DNA from: Myxococcota bacterium | GTDB lineage: Bacteria > Myxococcota > UBA727 > VGSZ01 | Length of the DNA: 27,333 nt | Assembly: GCA_046593615.1 (NCBI GenBank) | Contig: JBKJNL010000120.1 | Location: 1-27,333 of the forward strand | Reading direction: 5' to 3' | Part shown: positions 8,882-16,652 of the stretch, piece after piece | Position numbering within the stretch: position 1 is the stretch's first letter | How the letters are laid out: every line of letters starts with the position of its first letter | Program-made: the position numbers and the translations under genes | Notes under the pieces: generated by a model | The model's database searches: none | What the model saw: the letters and a program-made list of their open reading frames with translations, nothing else | Told to the model about the DNA's origin: nothing

Positions 8882-9307
8882 TCAGTTTCCCGGCAGCTCT
8901 TCGCAGGCGGGGTCGGGGTCGAGCACGTCGAACAGCGCGACCTGCACGGTCAGCACCTCAGCGCTCGGCGCGAGCACGACGACGGAGCAGCCGACGAATT
9001 CGGCGTCGGCGGCGGCGCAGGTGGCGGGGCCGTCGCAGGCAAAGACGACGACGGCGGCTTGCTGGCCGGTGGCCTCGGTCTTGAGCTCGTAGGGGACCTT
9101 CTTGTCGCGCGGCGCGAGCACGGCTTCTTCTTCGTCGCCGACCCGCACCAGCAGGCTCTTGACCTCGCTGGTGTCGAGGCTCGCGGTGCTCTCTTCGACC
9201 ACCACCAGCAGCGTCAGCGCCGGGGCCCCACACGCCGACGCCAGGCCGGTCGCCAGCAGCACGGTGGCCCTCAAAGACCAGAGCAAACGGAGCGAACGCT
9301 GGGTCAT
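8882..9307 (-). CDS. Lipoprotein of unknown function
   Basis: Start moved to ATG 9307 (MTQRSLRLLWSLRATVLLATGLASAC, lipobox ASAC); ATGA overlap with the upstream gene; beta-rich with four further Cys. Confidence 0.75.
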   Translation of the reverse strand: MTQRSLRLLWSLRATVLLATGLASACGAPALTLLVVVEESTASLDTSEVKSLLVRVGDEEEAVLAPRDKKVPYELKTEATGQQAAVVVFACDGPATCAAADAEFVGCSVVVLAPSAEVLTVQVALFDVLDPDPACEELPGN

Positions 9308-10185
9308 GGGTCGAGGTCCGCGTCGAGCTGGGAGGCGTCGACCTCGACGGCGGTGGCGCCCCCGCCCGCGCTGGCGGCGACGACGCCGGCCACGACGGCA
9401 GCGACGACGACGACGCCGGCGACGCCCAGGCCGATCACGAGCCACGGCGGGCCTTGGTCTTCGTCGACGCCGCCGCCGCCGGGCTGCACCACCTCGTCGC
9501 CCGCGCCTGAAGCAGAAGACGCCGACGGGGTCGTCAGCGTGAGGTCCATCGGCGCGGTGACGTTGACCTTTTTGCCGGCGCCGCCGACGCCGACCCAATG
9601 GGGGCCGGGCAGCACGTCGAGGACGCCGCCGCGTTCGCCGACGTTGGGCGCGGGCCGGCCATCGAGCACCAGCCCGCCCCCCTCGGCCGAGCGCGGTCCC
9701 TTGACCTCGACGGTGAGCGGCACGGTGGGGCCGGCGAGCAGGCTCTCGCGCAGCTCTTCGAAGCGGGCGACGACCTTGGGGGGCACGAAGCTCTTGTCGG
9801 GTGACCAGGTCGGCCGCACGACGGCGAGGGCCCGCAAGACCTCGTCGGCCTCTGGCTCGCGCGCGAGGCGGCGCAGGGCGAGGGCCCGGGTCACGCGCGA
9901 GTCGGCCCAGGCGGTCCAGCTGGCGTCGTCGTCGCGCCAGGCGGGGCCCTGCTCGAACGCCAGCGCGACGGCGTCGGTGGCGGCGAGGGCGCCGGCGAAG
10001 TCGCCCTCGAGAAAGCGGGCGCGGGCCTCGGCGGCCCCCTGGTGCAGCTTGTTGCCAGCCGGGGCCTGTGCCGCCTTTGACGTCGCCCTCGCCGCCATCT
10101 GCTGGCCAGAAAGCCCCGTCGCCGACGACGGGGTGGAGAGGGCCAAAATGACGACGACGACGAGCACGGGCGGCCAGCAGACCAA
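9304..10185 (-). CDS. Exported protein with TPR-like helices, a PEGA-like domain and a C-terminal TM helix
   Basis: Hydrophobic N-terminus (TTG start, exact start uncertain); ARARFLEGDFAGALA helices; LTVEV...LVLDG...LDVLPGPHWVGV PEGA-like pattern; PPWLVIGLGVAGVVVVAAVVAGVVAA TM. Confidence 0.7.
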   Translation of the reverse strand: MVCWPPVLVVVVILALSTPSSATGLSGQQMAARATSKAAQAPAGNKLHQGAAEARARFLEGDFAGALAATDAVALAFEQGPAWRDDDASWTAWADSRVTRALALRRLAREPEADEVLRALAVVRPTWSPDKSFVPPKVVARFEELRESLLAGPTVPLTVEVKGPRSAEGGGLVLDGRPAPNVGERGGVLDVLPGPHWVGVGGAGKKVNVTAPMDLTLTTPSASSASGAGDEVVQPGGGGVDEDQGPPWLVIGLGVAGVVVVAAVVAGVVAASAGGGATAVEVDASQLDADLDP

Positions 10186-10218
10186 ATTTCCCCCCGACAG
10201 GCTAGGTTTTCAACGCCC

Positions 10219-12978
10219 ATGAGCTCCCAGCCCGCCCCCGGCCAATCCCCAGGCATGGACGCCCCGTCGACGACCGGCGGCGCCATCCCCGAAACGCTGG
10301 GGCGTTACCGGCTGCTGTCGAAGATCGCCAAAGGCGGCATGGCCGAGGTCTTTGCCGCCCGCTCCTACGGCGTGCACGGCTTCGAAAAGACCGTCGCGCT
10401 CAAGCGCATCCTCCCGCGCTTCGGCCAGGACCCGCAGTTCGTGCGGATGATGGTCGACGAGGCCAAGATCTCGGTGCTGTTGAACCACCCCAACATCGCC
10501 CAGATCCTCGAGCTCGGAGAACAAGACGGCGACTACTTCATCGTCATGGAATTCGTCGCCGGCCAATCGCTGTCGGCGATGGTCAAGCGGCTGAAAGAGA
10601 CCAACGAGCGCTTCCCGCGGCTCGAGGCCTGCTTCGTCGTCGTCGAGCTGCTCCAGGGTCTGCACGCCGCCCACAGCCAGACCGACATGAGCGGCAACGC
10701 CGCCGGCATCATCCACCGCGATGTCTCGCCGCAGAACACGCTGATGAGCTTCGACGGCCACGTGAAGGTCATCGACTTCGGCATCGCCCGCGCGCGCGAC
10801 CGGCTCGAGGCCACCGAGGTCGGCACCATCAAGGGCAAGCTCCGCTACCTGGCGCCCGAGATGATCGACCCGGGTCGCTTCACCGAAACCGGCGACTTCG
10901 ACCACCGCGTCGACGTCTTTGCCGCCGGCATCGTGCTCTGGGAGCTCGTCGCCGGCCGCACGATGTTCCCCGGCGACGACGAGCTCAAGGTCTACGACGA
11001 CATCACCGACGGCACGACGCCGGACCTCGTCAAAGAGGGCGCGTGCGACGCCGCGCTGATGAAGATCATCCACAAGGCGCTCGAGCGACGGCTGAGCAAG
11101 CGCTACGCGTCCGCCGAAGAATTCGCCGACGACCTGCGCTCCTACGTCTACCGGACCGATCCGGCGTTCACGCACAAGCGCGTCGCCGCCATGCTCGACA
11201 AGCACTTCCCCGACGAGAAGCACGATCTCACCGCCCTCGAGCGCGGCCAGTCCGCCGCCGACATCGTCGGCCTCAAGGGCCGCGACAGTGCCCAGAACAG
11301 CGCCCAGAACAAGGCTGCTCCGGGGGCTGCAAAGAAGTCGCCGCTCGGGGGCCCGCTGGCGCAGTCGTTGTCGGGCAACCTGCCGGCGGCGTCGGCGCAG
11401 ACGGCGCAAATCGGCGAGACCGATGTCCCGCCACCGGCCGAGACGCGGCACATGCGCTCCGACAAGCACGCGATGCCGCCGAGCCACGGCGGCCGCTCGG
11501 GACCCGGTGCGGCGGCCCCGGGACCCGGGCCGCGCGGGCGCGACGACGGCCTCTCGATGGCCGCCACCCAGCTCGTCGACGTCGACGCCGTCGACCCGGG
11601 CCGCGAGCTTGGCCGCGAGCTGGGTCGCGACCTGCCGCGCAACAAGGACCTCACCGTCGTCACCCTGGTCTCGCGCGAGCACGTGATGGCCACGAGCAAG
11701 GGCAGCAAGCAGGTCTCCGACTCCTCCGGCGTGTTTTCGATGCCCGACGACGCCACCCTGACGGTGACGGCGGACCAGCTGCGCGACCAGCGGGCCCGCA
11801 TCGACGCCCTGCGCGGCGCCTCGAGCGAGCGCGGCGCGGCGCCGACGCGGCCTGAGCGCGCCAACCGCGGGGCCGAGACTGCTGCTCCAGGGCTCGGTCC
11901 CGAGCCGTCCGCTCCAGGACCCGAGACACCGCGCGCGAGCACCGGCGAGCGCCCGCGCCTCGAGCGCTCGAGCAACCCCGCGCCACGCTCGCTCGACGAG
12001 ACGCCGATGACGCGCAAGGCGCTGCCGCTCTCGTCGTCGACCGGCGTCGACCGCGGCACCATCATCCGCAACCGTTTGATTGCGGCTTCGGCGACGGTGG
12101 GCGTGCTGCTGGCGCTGGGGATCGTCGCCGTCATCGAGGGCGCTGCTCGGCTCAAGCCCGGCGACGAGCCGGTGCCGGCGTCGATGACGTCGTTGACGCC
12201 GCCGACGCCGGTTCCCCCGCCGACGTTGACGCCGACTCCGGTTCCAACACCAACACCGACACCAACACCGGTTCCGGCGCCGATGGTCGACACCGGCACC
12301 GTCAAGGTGACGATCCGCTCCACCGTCGCCGGCGCCCTCGTCATCGTCGGCGACCAGCGCGGCCCGGCGCCGTTCACGCTGCAGGCCCGGCCAGGCGACA
12401 GCGTCACGGTGCGCGTGCAGGCGCCAGGCACGCTGGAAGAGGTCGAGACCGTCATGGTCCCGATGCCCGCCGGCGGCGCCGCCGGTGCCGACGTCGTCGT
12501 CGACGTCTCACCCCGCCTGCTCGCGGTGCCGGTGCGGCTGCAGGTCGAGCCCGCCGGCGCCGAGGTGCTCATCGACGGCGAGGTCGTCACCGCCGACACC
12601 ACCGTCGAGCCCGGCGTCTCGGTCGTCGTCGACGTCTCTGCCGCGGGCCACCTGTCGGCGCGGCAGGAGCTGAAGCCGGCGGCCGGCACGCCGCTGCTCA
12701 TCAAGGCCGTGCTGCAGAAATCGGGGCAGAAGAAGCCGCCGCCACCGCCGCCGCCGGTGCTGAAAGGCAACGGCACGCTGGCCTTGAAGACGACGCCGTT
12801 CTGGGGACAGGTCACAATCGACGGCAAGCTTGTCGACGAGCAGACGCCGCTGTCGCTGGCCCTGCCGGCGGGCCGCCATGACGTCGTCGTTTCCCACCCG
12901 CCCAAGGGCCTGGTGCGCAAGTTCAAGGTCGTCGTGAAGCCGGGCGAGACGGTGACCCGCACCATCACCTTTGACTGA
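10219..12978 (+). CDS. Membrane Ser/Thr protein kinase with extracytoplasmic PEGA-like domains
   Basis: IAKGGMAEVF, VALKRILP, HRDVSPQN, VKVIDFGIA, KGKLRYLAPE, DVFAAGIVLWE motifs; long low-complexity linker, one TM (ATVGVLLALGIVAVI), PT repeat stalk, three PEGA-like beta domains. Confidence 0.95.
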   Translation: MSSQPAPGQSPGMDAPSTTGGAIPETLGRYRLLSKIAKGGMAEVFAARSYGVHGFEKTVALKRILPRFGQDPQFVRMMVDEAKISVLLNHPNIAQILELGEQDGDYFIVMEFVAGQSLSAMVKRLKETNERFPRLEACFVVVELLQGLHAAHSQTDMSGNAAGIIHRDVSPQNTLMSFDGHVKVIDFGIARARDRLEATEVGTIKGKLRYLAPEMIDPGRFTETGDFDHRVDVFAAGIVLWELVAGRTMFPGDDELKVYDDITDGTTPDLVKEGACDAALMKIIHKALERRLSKRYASAEEFADDLRSYVYRTDPAFTHKRVAAMLDKHFPDEKHDLTALERGQSAADIVGLKGRDSAQNSAQNKAAPGAAKKSPLGGPLAQSLSGNLPAASAQTAQIGETDVPPPAETRHMRSDKHAMPPSHGGRSGPGAAAPGPGPRGRDDGLSMAATQLVDVDAVDPGRELGRELGRDLPRNKDLTVVTLVSREHVMATSKGSKQVSDSSGVFSMPDDATLTVTADQLRDQRARIDALRGASSERGAAPTRPERANRGAETAAPGLGPEPSAPGPETPRASTGERPRLERSSNPAPRSLDETPMTRKALPLSSSTGVDRGTIIRNRLIAASATVGVLLALGIVAVIEGAARLKPGDEPVPASMTSLTPPTPVPPPTLTPTPVPTPTPTPTPVPAPMVDTGTVKVTIRSTVAGALVIVGDQRGPAPFTLQARPGDSVTVRVQAPGTLEEVETVMVPMPAGGAAGADVVVDVSPRLLAVPVRLQVEPAGAEVLIDGEVVTADTTVEPGVSVVVDVSAAGHLSARQELKPAAGTPLLIKAVLQKSGQKKPPPPPPPVLKGNGTLALKTTPFWGQVTIDGKLVDEQTPLSLALPAGRHDVVVSHPPKGLVRKFKVVVKPGETVTRTITFD

Positions 12979-13151
12979 CGCGCCCGGTCACGAGCACGGG
13001 CCCGCCCGACGGTGACGCTGGCTCCTCTGGCGGCAGCAGAAGCCCCCTCTTCTTGCAACCGAAGCGCGGAAGCTGCATCTCAGTGCCCGCCCGGTGTGCC
13101 GCCTGCGGGCCGACGACGTCGTGGACGCCGCCGCCGACGTCAAAGGAAGCC

Positions 13152-15224
13152 GTGACCGACTACACCCTGCTGCCGAAGAACCAGAAGATCATGACGCTGG
13201 CGGGCACGCTGCTCGGCATGCTGCTGGCGGCGCTTGACCAGACCATCGTGGCCACGGCGGGTCCGTCGATTCAGAAAGACCTGCACATCGACCCCTCGCT
13301 CTACGTCTGGCTGACGACGTCATACCTGGTGGCGTCGACGGTGATGACGCCGATGTGGGGCAAGCTGTCGGACATCTTTGGCCGGCGCACCGTGCTCGTC
13401 ACCGGCATCAGCATCTTTCTGCTCGGCTCGCTGTTCTGCGGCATCTCGCAGAGCACCACGCAGCTGATCCTCGCTCGCGTGGTGCAAGGCATCGGCTCGG
13501 CGTCGTTGTTCACCACCGCCTTTGCCGTCGTCGCCGACCTGTTCACGCCCCGCGAGCGCGGCAAGTACGCCGGCATCTTTGGCGCCGTCTTCGGCCTGTC
13601 GTCGGTCATCGGCCCGCTCGTCGGCGGCTTCATCACCGACAACTTCGGCTGGCACTGGTGCTTCTTCATCAACCTGCCGATCGGCGCCGTCGCCCTCGGC
13701 GTCATCCTCACGCGCATGCCGGCGCTGACGCAGGAGCATCAGGCGAAGCCGACCATCGACTACCTCGGTGCCGCCCTCTTCGCCGTCGCCATCATCCCGC
13801 TGCTGCTGGCGTTGTCGTTCGGCAAGACCCGGGTCGAGCCCGGCGTGCCGGGGTTCTTGTGGCAGTCGTCAGAGATCGTCGGGATGTTCGCGGCCTTTGT
13901 CGTCTTTCTCACGACCTTCATCCTCTGGGAGCTGCGCGCGCGCGATCCGATGATCGACATGCGCATGTTCAAGAACCGGCCCTACGCCATCGGCAACGCC
14001 GCCAGCTTCACCGTCGGCATGGCGTTTCTCGGCGCCATCGTCTTTTTGCCGCTCTTCATGGTGAACGTGGTCGGCTCGTCGGCGACGTGGGCGGGCCTGG
14101 CCACGGTGCCCCTCACCTTTGGCATCGTCGCCGGCAACATCATCTCGGGGCAGGTGTCGTCGCGCACCGGCCGCTACAAATTCTTGATCGTCGGTGCCCT
14201 CGTCGTGCTGATGGCCGGCTTCGCGGTGATGGCGTTCACGGTGCACTCCGACTCCACGCAGCTGGGCATGGCCGGGCGCATGGTGCTGATTGGTCTGGGC
14301 CTCGGCCCGTCGATCCCGCTCTTCAACCTGCACATCTCGAACTCCGTCGAGCCCCACCAGATCGGCGCGGCGACGTCGACGGCGACGCTGGCCCGGTCGC
14401 TCGGTTCGACCATGGGCCTGGCCATCTTTGGCACCGTGTTCGGCACCACGCTGACGGGCGCCATGGAGCAACGCATGGCCGAAGCCACCGCCGGCGTTCC
14501 ACCGGCGATGGTCGCGCAGATGCGTTCGTCGTCGTCGTCGTCGACCGAGAGCGCCAGCGCTGAAGAGGGCGGGCGGGCCGGCACCGTGTTCGATCAGCAC
14601 GCCGTCGAAGCCAACGTGAAGCGTCGCTTCAGCGACCAGCGCAGCGCCATCGACCTGGCGTTGGGCAAAGACGATCCGGTGGCCCTCGCCGCGCTGAAGA
14701 ACAACCCGAACCTCGACGAGCGCCTCAAGGCCATCGTCGACGGCGGCGGCATCACGGCGTCGATCACCGCGGCTTTTGCCGCCTCGCAGCAGAAGGTGGC
14801 CGCCGGCGTCGAGCAGGGGCCCGACGCCGTCGCCGGCCTGCAGAGCGATCCGACGCTGCCGCCGCCGTTGAAAGCGAGCCTCGCCCAGATTCCGCCCGAG
14901 GCCCTCGCCTCCCCCGAAGGACGCGCCCAGGTCCTCGCCACCCTCGCGCACGACATGGCGCCCGCCCGCGACGCGGCCATCACCACGGCCCGCGCCCAGG
15001 CCATCGCTGGCGCCCACCAGGGGCTCGACGCGGCGGAGCAGACGGCGCTGTCGACGGTGGCCAAGGTCGGCGCGGCCCTCAAGGAGGCCTTCACCGACGC
15101 CATCACGCGCGTCTATCTGTTCGGCATTTTCTTTGCGTTGCTCGGTCTGCTGGTGTCGTTGGCGATCCCCGAGCTGCCCCTGCGCGGCGTCGGCCCCGGC
15201 GGCGCGCCGCCGCCGGTGGAGTGA
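13152..15224 (+). CDS. DHA2 (EmrB/QacA) 14-TM MFS efflux transporter with an extended loop before the last TM
   Basis: Start moved to GTG 13152 behind AAAGGAAG. Motifs LLAALDQTIVATAGP, WLTTSYL, WGKLSDIFGRR, ARVVQGIG, GPLVGGFIT, WHWCFFINLPIG, DPMID. Confidence 0.93.
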   Translation: MTDYTLLPKNQKIMTLAGTLLGMLLAALDQTIVATAGPSIQKDLHIDPSLYVWLTTSYLVASTVMTPMWGKLSDIFGRRTVLVTGISIFLLGSLFCGISQSTTQLILARVVQGIGSASLFTTAFAVVADLFTPRERGKYAGIFGAVFGLSSVIGPLVGGFITDNFGWHWCFFINLPIGAVALGVILTRMPALTQEHQAKPTIDYLGAALFAVAIIPLLLALSFGKTRVEPGVPGFLWQSSEIVGMFAAFVVFLTTFILWELRARDPMIDMRMFKNRPYAIGNAASFTVGMAFLGAIVFLPLFMVNVVGSSATWAGLATVPLTFGIVAGNIISGQVSSRTGRYKFLIVGALVVLMAGFAVMAFTVHSDSTQLGMAGRMVLIGLGLGPSIPLFNLHISNSVEPHQIGAATSTATLARSLGSTMGLAIFGTVFGTTLTGAMEQRMAEATAGVPPAMVAQMRSSSSSSTESASAEEGGRAGTVFDQHAVEANVKRRFSDQRSAIDLALGKDDPVALAALKNNPNLDERLKAIVDGGGITASITAAFAASQQKVAAGVEQGPDAVAGLQSDPTLPPPLKASLAQIPPEALASPEGRAQVLATLAHDMAPARDAAITTARAQAIAGAHQGLDAAEQTALSTVAKVGAALKEAFTDAITRVYLFGIFFALLGLLVSLAIPELPLRGVGPGGAPPPVE

Positions 15225-15284
15225 GGCGGATCGCCTGCGACGTCGACGCAGCAACGTGCCCCGGTCGCGTCGCTGCGCGCCAGC

Positions 15285-15308
15285 CGCGCGGCGAAATTTC
15301 ACCGCGCG
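15285..15308. repeat. Near-perfect 24-bp palindrome
   Basis: CGCGCGGCGAAATTTCACCGCGCG matches its reverse complement at 22 of 24 positions; intergenic, 57 nt before ATG 15366. Confidence 0.85.
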
Positions 15309-15365
15309 CCACCTCGAGGCAGCAGTTGCTGGCCAGGCCGGGGTCGAGCGGGCACATCAGCAAGC

Positions 15366-16607
15366 ATGAGCGCACCCCTTCTGCCGTCGCCGTTTTCGCC
15401 TCGCTGCTTCACCGCCATCGCGTTGTTCGTGTCGTCGTTGCTGGTGGCATGCCCATCACCGCCCACCATCGTCGACCCACCGCTCGCTGAGGGTGAGGGT
15501 GAGGGCGAAGGCGAAGGCGAAGGAGAGGGCGAAGGCGAAGCGGTCGGCGAAGGAGAAGGCGAAGCGGTCGGCGAAGGCTTCCCCGCGTGCACCGTCAGCG
15601 GCACCGCCGGCGTGACCTTCACCCGCGACGAGGGAGCGACGCTGGCGCCGACGTCGACGACGCTGTCGGGCACCGTCTACACCTATGGCCTGGCCGCGCT
15701 CGGCGACGGAAACCTCGTGGCCGAGCACGGCGGTCGCTTCTTGCGCTCGCGCGATCAGGGCTGCACCTGGACCGACCTCGGCGCAGCCCCGTTCTCGCCG
15801 ATGCGCATGAGCAGCGGCGCCGGCCGCGCCTACGCCTGGGCCGACAACAACCGCGAATTCGCCCGCATCGACGACGACGACAGCGTCCACGTGCTCACGC
15901 TCGCGCCACCGGGAGTCTGGAAGGGCCTGGCCGTCGACAGCGGCGGCGACGTCATCGCCGCCCTCGACGCGACGCTGCTGCGCTCGACCGACTTCGGCGT
16001 CACCTTTGACCGCGGCACCACACCCGCGTTCGTCGGCGACGACGCCGGCCTCGTCTACCGCGCGTTCTTCGACCCCAAGGACAGCGACCACGTCGTCGTT
16101 GGCGCCGCCACCGCCGGCGGCCGCGTCACCTTTGACGGCGGCGTCACCTGGACGGCCTCCACCGGCCTGTCGGTCTTTCCGTCGGCCACGAAGCAGAAGC
16201 GCGCGAACCTGTTCGAGGGCGTCATCTCGCCCGTCGACGGCGACGTCGTCTGGGCCGCCGGCATCGACGTCGAAGCCACCCTGCCGCCGAATGACCAGGG
16301 CAACGGCGCCCGCCACATCTACCGCTCCGGCGACGGCGGCCTGACCTTCGACGTCGTGGTCACCGCCAGCGCCGAGGTGACGATCATCAATGGACCCATG
16401 ATGGCCGCGAGCCCGTCAGACAAAGATGTCTTCTATTTCGTCTTCGGCACCTATTTCAACGACTACGGCACCGATATCTACCGCGTCGTCGTCGACGGCA
16501 CCGTCACCACCACCCACAACACGTACCACGATATATCGGCGCTGGTGTTTGCCCTGGATGATGTGGATACATTGTATCTTGGTCTGGTGAACGAAGTGAT
16601 CAACTGA
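15366..16607 (+). CDS. Lipoprotein beta-propeller with Asp-box repeats; homolog of dispase autolysis-inducing protein (DAIP)
   Basis: Lipobox LLVAC, Gly-Glu linker, Asp-boxes SRDQGCTW, STDFGVTF, TFDGGVTW, SGDGGLTF. Segments VTFTRDEGATLAPT, GTYFNDYGTDIYR and THNTYHDISAL...LYLGL match my recollection of Streptomyces mobaraensis DAIP. Confidence 0.78.
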   Translation: MSAPLLPSPFSPRCFTAIALFVSSLLVACPSPPTIVDPPLAEGEGEGEGEGEGEGEGEAVGEGEGEAVGEGFPACTVSGTAGVTFTRDEGATLAPTSTTLSGTVYTYGLAALGDGNLVAEHGGRFLRSRDQGCTWTDLGAAPFSPMRMSSGAGRAYAWADNNREFARIDDDDSVHVLTLAPPGVWKGLAVDSGGDVIAALDATLLRSTDFGVTFDRGTTPAFVGDDAGLVYRAFFDPKDSDHVVVGAATAGGRVTFDGGVTWTASTGLSVFPSATKQKRANLFEGVISPVDGDVVWAAGIDVEATLPPNDQGNGARHIYRSGDGGLTFDVVVTASAEVTIINGPMMAASPSDKDVFYFVFGTYFNDYGTDIYRVVVDGTVTTTHNTYHDISALVFALDDVDTLYLGLVNEVIN

Positions 16608-16652
16608 GCAGTCAGGCCCACAGAAGCAGGGGGGGGCGCTCAGCAGGTCTGC

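Noticed and set aside
12979-13151. Intergenic region before the MFS gene considered as a riboswitch or leader
   Set aside because: Only weak bulged hairpins and no aptamer consensus recognised; an Rfam/Infernal scan would be needed.
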